Assembly: GCA_018399535.1 (NCBI GenBank)
Contig: JAGYOR010000003.1
Span: 1 to 38,480 of the forward strand
From: Deltaproteobacteria bacterium
GTDB taxonomy: Bacteria; Desulfobacterota; Syntrophia; Syntrophales; UBA2210
Direction: 5' to 3'
Length of the DNA: 38,480 nt
The notes beneath the pieces are model-generated. The model was not told where the DNA came from. It ran no database searches and saw only the letters and a program-made list of their open reading frames with translations. Shown piece by piece: positions 16,906 through 27,147 of the stretch (its first letter is position 1; every line of letters begins with the position of its first letter). A program made the translations under genes and the position numbers.

Positions 16906-18267
16906 TCAGGGTTGGGGAAATTGCGCCACCGTGGTCCGGGCGCGATCAATATCTTCCTCGGGCATGCTGTAGTTGAACAATTTACCCGAAAGGTAGGCGT
17001 CGTAGGACGCAAGATCGACCAGTCCATGACCGCTCCAGTTGAAAACAATGGTTTTTTCCTTACCTTCTTCTTTCGCCCGCCGTGCTTCTTCCACGACGGT
17101 CGCGATAGCGTGGGTTGTTTCAGGGGCGGGAATGAATCCCTCGGTGCGGGCCCAGTTCACCCCGGCCTCGAACGTTTCCAGCTGGTCGTAGGCCCTGGCT
17201 TCGACGAGGTTTTCCTTCACCAGATGACTCACGATGGGCGCCATGCCGTGATAGCGGAGCCCTCCCGCGTGAATGGGCGCGGGCACGTAGTCATGTCCCA
17301 GGGTATACATGGCCAGAAGCGGCGTGCTCATGGCCAGGTCGCCGAAATCATACGCGAAAGGCGCCCGGGTCAGGGTGGGACAGGAAGTGGGTTCAGAGGC
17401 GATGATGGATATGTCCTTGCCGTGAATCTTGTCGCGGACGAAGGGCAGCGAAAGCCCGGCAAAGTTGCTTCCTCCGCCGGCGCACCCGATAACCACATCC
17501 GGGTAGACTCCGATTTTTTCGAACTGACGCTGCGTCTCCAGGCCGATGATAGTCTGGTGCAGCAGGACGTGGTTGAGGACGCTGCCCAGAGAGTAGCGGG
17601 CGTCGTCCTTGTCGATGATGTCCTCGATGGCCTCGCTGATGGCGATGCCCAGGCTGCCTGGAGAGTCGGGATGCTCGGCGAGGACCCGCCGTCCCGTTTC
17701 CGTAATGTTGCTGGGACTGGAGAAACAGTTTCCACCCCAGGTCTGCATCATCAGGCGCCGGTACGGTTTCTGGTCGTAGCTCACGCGGACCATGAAAACG
17801 CGACATTCGATGCCGAACATGTTGCAGGCCATGCTGAGAGCGCTTCCCCACTGGCCGGCGCCTGTTTCCGTCGAGAGCCTCTTTACGCCGAAGGCCTTGT
17901 TGTAATACGCCTGCGCTACCGCCGTGTTCGGCTTGTGGGAGCCGGGAGGACTGACGCCTTCATTCTTGTAATAAATCTTGACCGGAGCATCGAGGAGCCG
18001 TTCGAAATTGTATGCCCGGTACAGGGGACTCGGCCTCCAGATCAGTAATTTTTCGAGTACTTCTTCCGGTATGTCGATCCACCGCTCGGAACTCATTTCC
18101 TGTTCAATCAGATTCATGGGGAAAATGCGGGCCATGTCATCGGGTGACAGCGGTTGTCCTGTCGCCGGATTGAGCGGCGGCGCCATGGGTGTGGGAAGGT
18201 CCGGCAGGATGTTGTACCACTGCCGGGGAATTTCGTCGTCTTTTAAAATTATTTTCTTTTCCTGCAT
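16906..18267 (-). CDS. trpB2: Tryptophan synthase beta chain, type 2 (TrpB2)
   Basis: [25 protein letters not shown] (PLP Lys), [32 protein letters not shown] and SGHG. ATG 18267 follows AGGAGG. Confidence 0.95.
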   Translation of the reverse strand: MQEKKIILKDDEIPRQWYNILPDLPTPMAPPLNPATGQPLSPDDMARIFPMNLIEQEMSSERWIDIPEEVLEKLLIWRPSPLYRAYNFERLLDAPVKIYYKNEGVSPPGSHKPNTAVAQAYYNKAFGVKRLSTETGAGQWGSALSMACNMFGIECRVFMVRVSYDQKPYRRLMMQTWGGNCFSSPSNITETGRRVLAEHPDSPGSLGIAISEAIEDIIDKDDARYSLGSVLNHVLLHQTIIGLETQRQFEKIGVYPDVVIGCAGGGSNFAGLSLPFVRDKIHGKDISIIASEPTSCPTLTRAPFAYDFGDLAMSTPLLAMYTLGHDYVPAPIHAGGLRYHGMAPIVSHLVKENLVEARAYDQLETFEAGVNWARTEGFIPAPETTHAIATVVEEARRAKEEGKEKTIVFNWSGHGLVDLASYDAYLSGKLFNYSMPEEDIDRARTTVAQFPQP

Positions 18268-18331
18268 CAGGATTCCTCCTTGACGGGTATATTTGTCGGT
18301 CCGCCGTTTGCCGGCGACCCGCGTCATCGCG

Positions 18332-18372
18332 AAAAAAAACCACGGGAGGCCTTCGCGTTGCCGCCCATGGCT
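18332..18372 (-). terminator. Intrinsic terminator (attenuator) in the trpB2 leader
   Basis: Minus strand AGCCATGGG-C-GGC-aacgcgaag-GCC-T-CCCGTGG followed by T8, 65 nt before the trpB2 start. Confidence 0.7.
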
Positions 18373-18397
18373 GTCGATCCTTCGAAGAGTCGCGAAG

Positions 18398-18469
18398 CTA
18401 GAGGGGCATTCCCCGGGCACGTGGCCGCCAGCGGCGGTTCATGTTTTCGCACCATCGAATGATTGCCAT
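18398..18469 (-). CDS. Putative Trp leader peptide [23 protein letters not shown] (23 aa)
   Basis: GAGGAG RBS, ATG at 18469, TAG at 18400-18398, two TGG codons, directly upstream of the terminator hairpin and trpB2. Confidence 0.6.
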   Translation of the reverse strand: MAIIRWCENMNRRWRPRARGMPL

Positions 18470-18609
18470 TGCTTCCGTCTCCTCGTTTCTGCGGATAGAA
18501 ACACAGACAGGGCCTGTTGTCAAGGAAAATTATAAAAAAATTACGGGAGAGGGCTTTTTCCCTGACGACCCGCGGCAGCGCCGCGCGGCCGCAACTGTGT
18601 AAAAGAATT

Positions 18610-18639
18610 TTGACAAAACAACGGCGGGAACGGTATAAT
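18610..18639 (+). promoter_or_regulatory. Sigma70 promoter for gltX-purD
   Basis: Perfect consensus hexamers TTGACA-N18-TATAAT. Confidence 0.75.
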
Positions 18640-18692
18640 CCCGCTCTTTCGCGAATACCCCCATACGATGAAAGGAAGCGACAGGAAGAACA

Positions 18693-20144
18693 GTGATGAA
18701 CATGGCGCGTGACGACGTTCGGGTGCGCTTCGCGCCCAGTCCCACAGGGTATCTCCACGTGGGCGGGTTGCGGACGGCCCTTTTTAATTTTCTTTTTGCC
18801 CGTAAAACAGGCGGAACATTTATCCTGCGGATCGAGGACACCGACCAGAAGCGTTCCGTGACCGGCGCCGTGGAAAAGTTGATGTCGACGCTCAGGACCA
18901 TCGGCATCAAAGACGACGAGGGTCCCGACGTAGGCGGTCCATGCGGTCCCTACATCCAGTCGGAGCGCAAGGACATTTACCGGCGGCACGTGGACCGGCT
19001 CCTTGACGCGGGCGTCGCCTATCACTGTTTCTGCACCGAAGAACGGCTCGAGCGGCTGCGTGAGGCACAGCGCAGGAAAAAACTACCCACCATGTACGAC
19101 GGCGCGTGCCGGGACCTGCCCGCAGACGAGGTTCGCCGCAGACTCGAAGCCGGAGAACCTTCGGTTATACGGCTCAGGTTTCCCCGGGAGGGAAGGACGG
19201 TGTTCGACGACGTGGTCCGTCGGAAGGTGGCCGTGGACAACGAACTCGTCGACGACCAGGTGCTGATAAAAACAGACGGATTTCCCACCTATCACCTGGC
19301 CAACGTAGTCGATGACCACCTCATGGGCGTTACTCACGTTATTCGCGGGGAAGAATGGCTCTCCAGCGTTCCCAAGCACATCTACCTGTACCGTGCGTTC
19401 GGGTGGGAACTGCCCGTCTTTGTCCACCTTCCCCTGCTGCTCAATCCGGACCGGAGCAAGCTCAGCAAGCGCCAGGGCGACGTCGCGGTGGAACGCTATC
19501 TCGAACGGGGATATCTGCCGGAGGCCCTGCTTAATTTCATCGCGTTGCTGGGTTGGCATCCCGCCGACGACCGGGAACTGTTTTCGCTTGAGGAACTCTG
19601 CCGCGAGTTTTCCCTGGACCGCATCAACAAGGCGGGCGCCGTTTTCGACGTGGACAAGCTGAACTGGATGAACGGCTGGTACATTCGGAATCTCGACCTG
19701 GAAACCGTCGCCGACCGGACGCGCCCCTACTTTGAAGCAGCCGGCATTGATGTTTCGGACCGGGAAACGTTCGTAAAGGTCGTCGCCGTGGCGCGGGATT
19801 ACGTTTCCTGCCTGGAAGAGATGGTTGATCGGGGCCGAATGTTTTATGAAGACATTTGTTTTTCTGATGAACAGCGCGAACTCGTGCGCGAAGAGGTGTC
19901 CCGGAGCATCTACACCCGCTGGATCGGGGAAATGGAGGCGAAACCGGCCTGGACCAGGGAGGACACCGAAAATTTTATTAAGCAGAGCATGAAAGAACTT
20001 GGCCTGAAGGGGAAAAATTTTTATTTTCCTCTGCGCCTCGCCCTGTTCGGAAACACCCACGGACCCGACATTCCGTCGCTCATCGATATTCTGGGTCCCC
20101 GTGAGACCGTCAGCCGGTTCCGCCGCGCCCTGGAACAGGTCTGA
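18693..20144 (+). CDS. gltX: Glutamate--tRNA ligase
   Basis: VRFAPSPTGYLHVGG (HIGH), LRIEDTD, YIQSER, HVIRGEEW and KLSKR (KMSKS). Start may be ATG 18696 or 18702. Confidence 0.95.
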   Translation: MMNMARDDVRVRFAPSPTGYLHVGGLRTALFNFLFARKTGGTFILRIEDTDQKRSVTGAVEKLMSTLRTIGIKDDEGPDVGGPCGPYIQSERKDIYRRHVDRLLDAGVAYHCFCTEERLERLREAQRRKKLPTMYDGACRDLPADEVRRRLEAGEPSVIRLRFPREGRTVFDDVVRRKVAVDNELVDDQVLIKTDGFPTYHLANVVDDHLMGVTHVIRGEEWLSSVPKHIYLYRAFGWELPVFVHLPLLLNPDRSKLSKRQGDVAVERYLERGYLPEALLNFIALLGWHPADDRELFSLEELCREFSLDRINKAGAVFDVDKLNWMNGWYIRNLDLETVADRTRPYFEAAGIDVSDRETFVKVVAVARDYVSCLEEMVDRGRMFYEDICFSDEQRELVREEVSRSIYTRWIGEMEAKPAWTREDTENFIKQSMKELGLKGKNFYFPLRLALFGNTHGPDIPSLIDILGPRETVSRFRRALEQV

Positions 20145-20181
20145 AAGAACCGCGACGAACACGCCACCGGAGGAGGAAAGC

Positions 20182-21510
20182 ATGCCCTCGATACTTGTCA
20201 TCGGGAACGGCGCCAGGGAGCACGTGATTGCTGAAACACTGGCCCGCTCGGTTCATCATCCGAAACTTTTCGCGTTCATGAAATCGAACAATCCGGGCAT
20301 TGCCGCCCACTGTCTCGAAACACGTATGGGAAACTACGGCAATCTTGAAGGCATTACGGCCTTCGCCCGCGATAATGACGTTGATTTCGCCGTCGTGGGA
20401 CCCGAGGATCCCCTGGAAAAAGGCGTGGTCGACGCACTGACGGCGGCGGGCATCCCCGCGATGGGCCCACGCAGGGAGCCGGCCCGGCTGGAAACATCGA
20501 AAGTCTTCACGCGGAACCTGCTGAAAAAATACGGGATTCCGGGAAATCCCGCGTTCCGGGTCTTTTCGTCCATCACGGGTGTGCGGGAGTTTCTGAAGGA
20601 ACTCGACGGGGGCGCCGTGATCAAGCCGGACGGTCTCACCGGAGGCAAGGGCGTCATGGTCCAGGGAGATCATTTCGACGATGTCGACGGGGCGCTCGCC
20701 ATCTGCGAAAATATCCTGGAAGATTCCGGTTCGGTGCTCGTGGAGGCGAAACTGGACGGCGAGGAATTTTCGCTGCAGTGTTTCTGCGACGGCGAGACCG
20801 TTGTGCCCATGCCGGCGGTCCAGGACCACAAACGGCGTTTCGCCGGTGACCATGGTCCCAACACGGGCGGTATGGGATCGTATTCCTTTTCCGACCATTC
20901 CCTCCCCTTCCTGCGGTCCGAAGACACGGCGGAGGCGCTCGCCATCACCCGACGGGTGGCCGAGGCGTTGCGCAGCGAAACGGGAATCCCCTTCAAGGGC
21001 GTTCTGTACGGAGGATGGATCGCCACCGCCGAAGGTGTCCGGCTTCTGGAGTATAACGCCCGGTTCGGCGATCCCGAGGCGATGAACGTGTTGCCGCTTC
21101 TGAAAACCGATTTCGTCGACCTGTGCCGTTCCATCGTGGACGGAACGCTGAGTGATCTCGAGGTCGAATTCGAGCGCAGGGCAACCGTGTGCAAGTACGT
21201 GGTGCCGAAAGGATACGGGTTGCCGGCGGACCACCCGGACGCCGCTTCCCGCGAGTCGCGGATTGTTATCGGACAGGCGGAAGGGGTCAACCTGTATTAT
21301 TCATCGGTGGACAAGCGGGAGGACGGTCTCTACATGACATCATCACGCGCCCTGGGAGTGGTCGGAATCGCCGATGATATTGTCGAGGCGGAACGCAGGG
21401 CCGAGGCGGCGATCGGCGCCATCCGCGGTCCCGTGGATCACCGCGTCGATATCGGAACGGAAGACCTCATTCGACGGCGGATCTCGCACATGAAGGTGCT
21501 CCGGGGGTGA
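20182..21510 (+). CDS. purD: Phosphoribosylamine--glycine ligase
   Basis: GNGAREH, VVGPEDPL, ARLETSK, KPDGLTGGKGV, QDHKR, GPNTGGMG and EYNARFGDPE. ATG 20182 follows GGAGGAGG. Confidence 0.95.
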   Translation: MPSILVIGNGAREHVIAETLARSVHHPKLFAFMKSNNPGIAAHCLETRMGNYGNLEGITAFARDNDVDFAVVGPEDPLEKGVVDALTAAGIPAMGPRREPARLETSKVFTRNLLKKYGIPGNPAFRVFSSITGVREFLKELDGGAVIKPDGLTGGKGVMVQGDHFDDVDGALAICENILEDSGSVLVEAKLDGEEFSLQCFCDGETVVPMPAVQDHKRRFAGDHGPNTGGMGSYSFSDHSLPFLRSEDTAEALAITRRVAEALRSETGIPFKGVLYGGWIATAEGVRLLEYNARFGDPEAMNVLPLLKTDFVDLCRSIVDGTLSDLEVEFERRATVCKYVVPKGYGLPADHPDAASRESRIVIGQAEGVNLYYSSVDKREDGLYMTSSRALGVVGIADDIVEAERRAEAAIGAIRGPVDHRVDIGTEDLIRRRISHMKVLRG

Positions 21511-21575
21511 CAAACGCCCGAATGCAGAGACGCGAGCGAGACAGCATAGTATAATTGATGGAAGAAAGGAGAATC

Positions 21576-23144
21576 ATGGAAAACAGGATTAAACGCGTTT
21601 TGATAAGCGTCACCGACAAACGGGGGGTTATCGATTTTGCGGGGAAGCTCGCGGGCTTCGGTGTGGAGATTCTTTCCACGGGCGGAACGGCCTCGCAATT
21701 AAGAGATGCGGGTATAGCCGTCACCGACGTGTCCGATTATACCGGGTTCCCGGAGATGATGGACGGCCGGCTGAAGACGCTCCACCCCAAGATTCACGGG
21801 GGTATCCTCGCCGTGAGAGACAATGCCGAACACCTGGACGCCCTGAAAAAGCACCAGATAGAGACCATCGACATGGTGGTCATCAATCTGTACCGTTTCG
21901 AAGACACGGTGGCGCGGGAAGGATGCACGCTGACAGAAGCCGTGGAGAACATCGACATAGGCGGTCCCACCATGCTGCGGGCGGCGGCCAAGAACTGGCC
22001 CTTCGTGACGGTGGTCACTGATCCCGACGATTACGACCGTATCACCGAGGAGTTGAATAAGCGGGGCGGCGCCGTCTCGAGGGAAACAAACTTCGCCCTG
22101 GCGACAAAAACGTTTCAATTGACGGCCCGGTACGACGGGGCCATCGCCGACTACCTGGGCAGGCTCAGCGCCGACGGAACGGTCAGCTCGGATTTTTCCG
22201 ACACGCTGTCGCTCCAGTTCGAAAAGGCCCAGGACTTGCGCTATGGCGAGAATCCTCACCAGAAGGCGGCCTTTTACCGGGAACGGGACCGGTCGCTCGC
22301 GTGCGTTGCCAACGCCCTCCAGATCCAGGGCAAGGAGCTGTCCTACAACAACATCATGGACAGCGACGCCGCGTGGCAGGCGGTCCGAGATTTCAGGCAG
22401 CCCGCGGCGGTTATCATGAAACACGCCAACCCCTGCGGGGCGGCGACGGCGGAAGAACATCTGCGCGACGCTTACCTGAGGGCCCTTGAGACCGATCCCG
22501 TGTCCGCTTTCGGCGGCATCGTCGCCTTCAACCGTCCCCTGGATACCGAAACAGCCGAAGAGCTGGCAAAAATCTTTCTGGAGGTTATCATAGCTCCCGG
22601 ATTTGACGCCGGCGCAAAGGAAATTCTGGCTTCCAAGAAAAACGTCCGATTGCTCGAGATTCCGTCCTCGGCCGGTTCGGTGAAAACAGGGCTGGATTAC
22701 CGGCGTGTCGTGGGCGGATTACTTGTGCAGGAACGGGACACGGCCGTTGACGACGTGCGGGCCGCCCGGGTAGCGACGAAACGGGCGCCGACGGACGATG
22801 AATACCAGGCGCTTGATTTCGCCTGGAAAATGGTGAAACAGGTGAAATCGAACGCCATAGTCTTCGCCTCGAAAGATCAGCTCGTGGGTGTCGGCGCCGG
22901 CCAGATGAGTCGTGTCGACTCGGTGGAAATCGCCCGCATGAAGGCGAAATTGCCCACTGAGGGAACCGTCCTGGCCTCCGACGCCTTTTTCCCTTTCAGA
23001 GACGGCGTCGACATGGCGGCAAAAGCGGGTGTCACGGCGATAATTCAGCCCGGTGGTTCCATTCGGGATGAAGAAACGATTGCCGCAGCCGACGAGCACG
23101 GCATGGCCATGATCTTTACCGGCAGGCGGCATTTCAGGCACTGA
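21576..23144 (+). CDS. purH: Bifunctional AICAR transformylase/IMP cyclohydrolase
   Basis: [53 protein letters not shown] and RHFRH. Confidence 0.97.
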   Translation: MENRIKRVLISVTDKRGVIDFAGKLAGFGVEILSTGGTASQLRDAGIAVTDVSDYTGFPEMMDGRLKTLHPKIHGGILAVRDNAEHLDALKKHQIETIDMVVINLYRFEDTVAREGCTLTEAVENIDIGGPTMLRAAAKNWPFVTVVTDPDDYDRITEELNKRGGAVSRETNFALATKTFQLTARYDGAIADYLGRLSADGTVSSDFSDTLSLQFEKAQDLRYGENPHQKAAFYRERDRSLACVANALQIQGKELSYNNIMDSDAAWQAVRDFRQPAAVIMKHANPCGAATAEEHLRDAYLRALETDPVSAFGGIVAFNRPLDTETAEELAKIFLEVIIAPGFDAGAKEILASKKNVRLLEIPSSAGSVKTGLDYRRVVGGLLVQERDTAVDDVRAARVATKRAPTDDEYQALDFAWKMVKQVKSNAIVFASKDQLVGVGAGQMSRVDSVEIARMKAKLPTEGTVLASDAFFPFRDGVDMAAKAGVTAIIQPGGSIRDEETIAAADEHGMAMIFTGRRHFRH

Positions 23145-23150
23145 TGGCGT

Positions 23151-23185
23151 TGCGGGGAACGGGGCTTTATTCCCCGTTCCCCGCA
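23151..23185. repeat. Perfect 14-bp GC-rich hairpin between purH and tsaC
   Basis: TGCGGGGAACGGGG-ctttatt-CCCCGTTCCCCGCA. No U-tract follows. Confidence 0.75.
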
Positions 23186-23210
23186 CGCAAGGCGGAAAGA
23201 GCGTGTCTGC

Positions 23211-23852
23211 ATGACCGCGCGTGTTATTCTTCTCGATCCCCGAAATCCCTCGGAAACGGCACTCGGCGAAGCCGCCGGGTTGCTCCGGGACGGCGGGATC
23301 ATAGCCTATCCTACGGAAACCCTGTACGGTCTCGGCGTGGACGGGACCAACGAAGAGGCGGTGGAAAAAATTTTCACCGTCAAGGGCCGGTCATACACCG
23401 CTCCCGTTTCCCTTATAATCGGTTCCTGGTCCGACCTGGAACAGTTGGCTTTGAATATTCCACCGGCGGGACGGAAACTTGCAGAGGCCTTCTGGCCGGG
23501 CGGGCTGACGCTCCTGTTTACGGCTGCGCCCGCCGTATCGAAGAAACTGACGGCGGGAACGGGGAAAATCGGCGTCCGTTTCTCTTCCGATCCAGTTGCC
23601 GCCCTGCTCGCACGCCGCCTCGGGCGCCCGATAACGGCCACCAGCGCGAACCGCTCCGGCGGCGCCGAATGCCGCAGCTCACAGGAGGTGATCGCCGCCC
23701 TGGGCGAACGGCTGGATGCCGTTGTCGACTGGGGCACAACGCCGGGACCGCCGGGATCAACCATCGTGGACGTTACCGTCGATCCGCCGCTTGTTGTCAG
23801 AGAGGGCGTGATATCGAAGAGCCGCCTGGAGGCGGTGTTACGAGGGGCATGA
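23211..23852 (+). CDS. tsaC: L-threonylcarbamoyladenylate synthase (YrdC/Sua5 family)
   Basis: [29 protein letters not shown] and STIVD. Confidence 0.93.
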   Translation: MTARVILLDPRNPSETALGEAAGLLRDGGIIAYPTETLYGLGVDGTNEEAVEKIFTVKGRSYTAPVSLIIGSWSDLEQLALNIPPAGRKLAEAFWPGGLTLLFTAAPAVSKKLTAGTGKIGVRFSSDPVAALLARRLGRPITATSANRSGGAECRSSQEVIAALGERLDAVVDWGTTPGPPGSTIVDVTVDPPLVVREGVISKSRLEAVLRGA

Positions 23853-23869
23853 TACGGGGGTGTTCTGTG

Positions 23870-24796
23870 TTACCGGTCTTCTTCGTCCGCGCCGGGCATG
23901 CCCACGTCGATTATCTCGACGGCGAAAAGACCGGCCGTGTTCTCGGGATTAACGAATGCAAGCATAAAGGGAACAGGACCACCCGGCGGAATTGTCACGC
24001 CCCGTCGATCCCGTCCGGTAGGCATCAGCAGTTCCCGTTCTATTTCCTTTCTCGTGAGATTCCGGAGTTCTTCTTCCGAAAGCAGGTTGCCGCAGCAGGA
24101 TTCAGTTTCGGCGATGACGCTGCGGTTCTCGTCCATCAACTTCCCCTTGACCCGCAGCGACGACAGGCTGAAGTCGTTTTTGTTGACGGCGATTCCCGTG
24201 ACGACGAGAACTTTTCCCGCGATCCAGTTGTTATGCACGGCTTCTTCCACGTCGGCCAGATCGATGTTCTGCCGGGCTTCGCGAAACAGGTCTCGGTCAT
24301 CGTGGGAACCTACCAGCGATTCGACGACGGCGAAAGTACGGGAAACCCCTGTCGTCACAGCCGTCCGAACGGATGAATTCCGCCAGAGAGCCAGTGCGCC
24401 CAGGACAATGACGATGCAGAGAACAAGAAAAAACAGCCAACCGCCGGTCCGTCGGCGCTCTTTTCCGTCCGGCTGAGGTTCCGCCGCGGGCGTTCCGGCA
24501 GGTTCTTCCGGGCGCGTTTCGTCCGCCGCCGGTTCTTCGCCGGTCACTGTGCGCTGTACGTCAACGGATCCGCTGTCGATATCGTCGAGGAGTTTTGACA
24601 GGTTTCTCAGGTCTTCGTCCTGCCCCAGGGGAATGTCGCGGGGGACCGGCATTTCCCCGCCGGCATCAGGTTCGGGAGTCGCCGGACGGGTGAACACGTA
24701 TTTGCACCCGCCGCACCTGAAACGGGCGTCAGGCTTGTCCGCCAACTCGTCGCTGACTCGATAACGTCGTCCGCACCGGGGACATTCAATGATCAC
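23870..24796 (-). CDS. Zinc-ribbon (MJ0042-type finger) membrane protein with a DUF3426-like extracytoplasmic domain
   Basis: MIIECPRC...FRCGGCKYVF, low-complexity linker, one TM helix, C-terminal beta-rich domain (CGNLLS, PFMLAF). GTG start overlaps the hpt stop. Confidence 0.8.
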   Translation of the reverse strand: MIIECPRCGRRYRVSDELADKPDARFRCGGCKYVFTRPATPEPDAGGEMPVPRDIPLGQDEDLRNLSKLLDDIDSGSVDVQRTVTGEEPAADETRPEEPAGTPAAEPQPDGKERRRTGGWLFFLVLCIVIVLGALALWRNSSVRTAVTTGVSRTFAVVESLVGSHDDRDLFREARQNIDLADVEEAVHNNWIAGKVLVVTGIAVNKNDFSLSSLRVKGKLMDENRSVIAETESCCGNLLSEEELRNLTRKEIERELLMPTGRDRRGVTIPPGGPVPFMLAFVNPENTAGLFAVEIIDVGMPGADEEDR

Positions 24797-25341
24797 GATC
24801 CGCCTCCGGCCAGCCGCCGCTCGTCAAGCACGTATATGTCGGGAAGGCAGCGGTATTGTTCGTCATAATCCAGCCCGTAACCGACGATAAAACCCTCATC
24901 GACGGCGAATCCCACGTAGTCAGGTACAAACTCCAGCTGCCGGCGCTCCTTCTTGTCGATCAGCGTGCACGATTTCAGCGAACGGGGGCTTCTTCGCCTG
25001 ATCCGTTCGGCGAAGAACGCGATGGTGATGCCCGTGTCGACGATGTCCTCGACAATGAGCACGTCCCGCCCCTGGACGGGGATTTCGATATCTTTCCTGA
25101 TCTCGACGCTGCCCGTGCTGGTGCTGCCGGAACCATAGCTGGCCAGCCGGGCGAAATCAATGACGTGAGAAAAATCAAGATTCCGTGAGAGATCCGCGAG
25201 AAACATGAACGATCCCTTCAGAATCGACACGAGCACCGCGTCTTTTCCTTCGTAGTCGCGGTTGATCTCGACGGCGAGTTCCCGCACGCGCCGGTCGATA
25301 TCATGCCGGTCGAAGAGAATTGTTCCCGGTATGTTTTTCAT
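24793..25341 (-). CDS. hpt: Hypoxanthine phosphoribosyltransferase
   Basis: ILKGSFMFLADL, VLIVEDIVDTG and FIVGYGLDY. Confidence 0.95.
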   Translation of the reverse strand: MKNIPGTILFDRHDIDRRVRELAVEINRDYEGKDAVLVSILKGSFMFLADLSRNLDFSHVIDFARLASYGSGSTSTGSVEIRKDIEIPVQGRDVLIVEDIVDTGITIAFFAERIRRRSPRSLKSCTLIDKKERRQLEFVPDYVGFAVDEGFIVGYGLDYDEQYRCLPDIYVLDERRLAGGGS

Positions 25342-25410
25342 TGCGTCCCCTCTGATGATTGTTCATAAACCAACCACGGCGGGCTGTCAAACGGTATCAG
25401 GCCGCCGTGA

Positions 25411-26229
25411 TTATTGTGGATGGTCGCGGTAACAGTCGATGAAAGCGCGCAACTCGCCCTCGACCAGGTTTTCCGCCTGCCGGAGCTCATTCGAAGAGCG
25501 GAAACGCGACGTGAGGCTCAGAAATATTTTGTCGAAGCGGGACCGTTCGCAACCCAGGGCGTCATAATCGATGTGGCTGATCATGTACTGTGATCCGTCG
25601 AAATAATATTTTCCCAGGCGGTTCGTCTCTGACGACCTGAATGGCCAGGTCGTCTTGAAATTGAAAAACCGCCGCGCTACGTCTTTCAGACGTCCTGTTT
25701 TCAGGCGTTCAGGATCGGGCGCTTCGCCCAGGCCCTCCGCTATGAAACGGAAATATTCCTTCACCAGGTCGATGTCGGTTATGACCAGGCCGTAGAGATA
25801 CCAGTCATCGATGGTGTTGACCACGGCCTGTTGTTCCCACCGGGCAAGGTAGTGGTAACTGGGACAGAAATGGCCGTCACAGAGGTCGCGACCGTAAAAA
25901 GAGACGTCCCGCAGGTCTTCCCCGCCGTTCTGAAGCGGATGCAGCAGGCAGCCGACCCGGCGGTGTTCAGCGTCGATAAATCCCAGGTACTCGCAGCAGT
26001 AGATGACCTCGTAGCGTTTTTCCATCGATTCAGTCGACCTGACGAGGGTCGAGAATGTTCCCAGGTCATTCCGGCTGCGCACGGTGTCGTGGAAGAGGGC
26101 CGTTCGCGCTTCGAGGCGCGCTTCCAGGGATTCCCGGGTGCTGTCGCGGTAGTTGTAAAGTCCGCAACAGGCGCCGCAGGACTTCTCCGGTCCCGGCTGG
26201 CAGAGATGAATGTCGCCCGGTTTCAGCAT
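25411..26229 (-). CDS. Cys-rich hypothetical protein (possible Zn/Fe-S binding)
   Basis: LCQP..KSCGACCGLYN, CCEYLG, GCLLHP and LCDGHFCP. Co-directional between gpmA and hpt. Confidence 0.75.
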   Translation of the reverse strand: MLKPGDIHLCQPGPEKSCGACCGLYNYRDSTRESLEARLEARTALFHDTVRSRNDLGTFSTLVRSTESMEKRYEVIYCCEYLGFIDAEHRRVGCLLHPLQNGGEDLRDVSFYGRDLCDGHFCPSYHYLARWEQQAVVNTIDDWYLYGLVITDIDLVKEYFRFIAEGLGEAPDPERLKTGRLKDVARRFFNFKTTWPFRSSETNRLGKYYFDGSQYMISHIDYDALGCERSRFDKIFLSLTSRFRSSNELRQAENLVEGELRAFIDCYRDHPQ

Positions 26230-26249
26230 GATGCAATGTCTCCGTTATC

Positions 26250-27011
26250 TTACCGGTTGTCTCCATGTCTCGATTGGACGGAAGCGGCCGTTTCCATCGC
26301 TTTTTTCACCCGTTCCGCGTCACCCAGGTAAAACCTGTTCAGCACGGTCAGGTCATCGGAAAACTCGTAGACCAGGGGAATGCCGGTGGGTATGTTAACC
26401 CCCGTTATGTCGTCGTCGGATATGCCGTCGAGGTATTTTATCAAGGCCCGCATACTGTTTCCGTGGGCGGCGATGAGAAGACGTGTTCCCGCTTCGAGTC
26501 GGGGCGCGATAGCCTCGTGCCAGCAGGGAAGCACCCGGCGAAGCGTATCCTTGAGTGATTCGGAGGACGGAAGTTCCTCGGGCGGTACGTTGCCGTAGCG
26601 CCGGTCGTGAACCGGGTGGCGCGGATCATTTGAAGAGAGCGGCTCCGGCGCCACGTCGTAACTTCGCCGCCACCGGTGAACCAGTTCCGCGCCCATCTTT
26701 TCGGCGGTTTCCTTTTTGTTCAGACCCTGCAGCGCCCCGTAATGGCGTTCGTTCAACCGCCAGTTCCGCTCGACGGGAATCCACATGAGACCCATTTCAT
26801 CGAGGATGATCCAAAGCGTTCGAATGGCGCGGAGAAGCACCGATGTCACTGCCATGTCGAATTCGTATCCGCCCTCCTTCAACAGAAGAGCCGCCTCGCG
26901 TGCCTCGGCTGTACCCCGTTCAGACAGATCCACGTCCGTCCAGCCGGTAAACCGGTTTTCCCGGTTCCAGATACTTTCCCCGTGGCGTACCATGACCAGC
27001 CGTTTTACCAT
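26250..27011 (-). CDS. gpmA: 2,3-bisphosphoglycerate-dependent phosphoglycerate mutase
   Basis: [32 protein letters not shown] and IPTGIP. Confidence 0.96.
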   Translation of the reverse strand: MVKRLVMVRHGESIWNRENRFTGWTDVDLSERGTAEAREAALLLKEGGYEFDMAVTSVLLRAIRTLWIILDEMGLMWIPVERNWRLNERHYGALQGLNKKETAEKMGAELVHRWRRSYDVAPEPLSSNDPRHPVHDRRYGNVPPEELPSSESLKDTLRRVLPCWHEAIAPRLEAGTRLLIAAHGNSMRALIKYLDGISDDDITGVNIPTGIPLVYEFSDDLTVLNRFYLGDAERVKKAMETAASVQSRHGDNR

Positions 27012-27147
27012 GTTGAAACCATCCTTTCATCCTGCCTTGTATGCCGTTCAGGCAGATCCGGAAGCCTGTGGACGAACGGTGATGTTCCTGAATTTCTGAC
27101 ATCGTGGCATGCCCGATACCCGGATCTCTGAAAACGAACATCAGGTG

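Noticed and set aside
23144-24376. 410-aa plus-strand ORF starting at the purH stop
   Set aside because: It is an Arg/Gly-rich off-frame overlap of tsaC and antisense to the zinc-ribbon gene.
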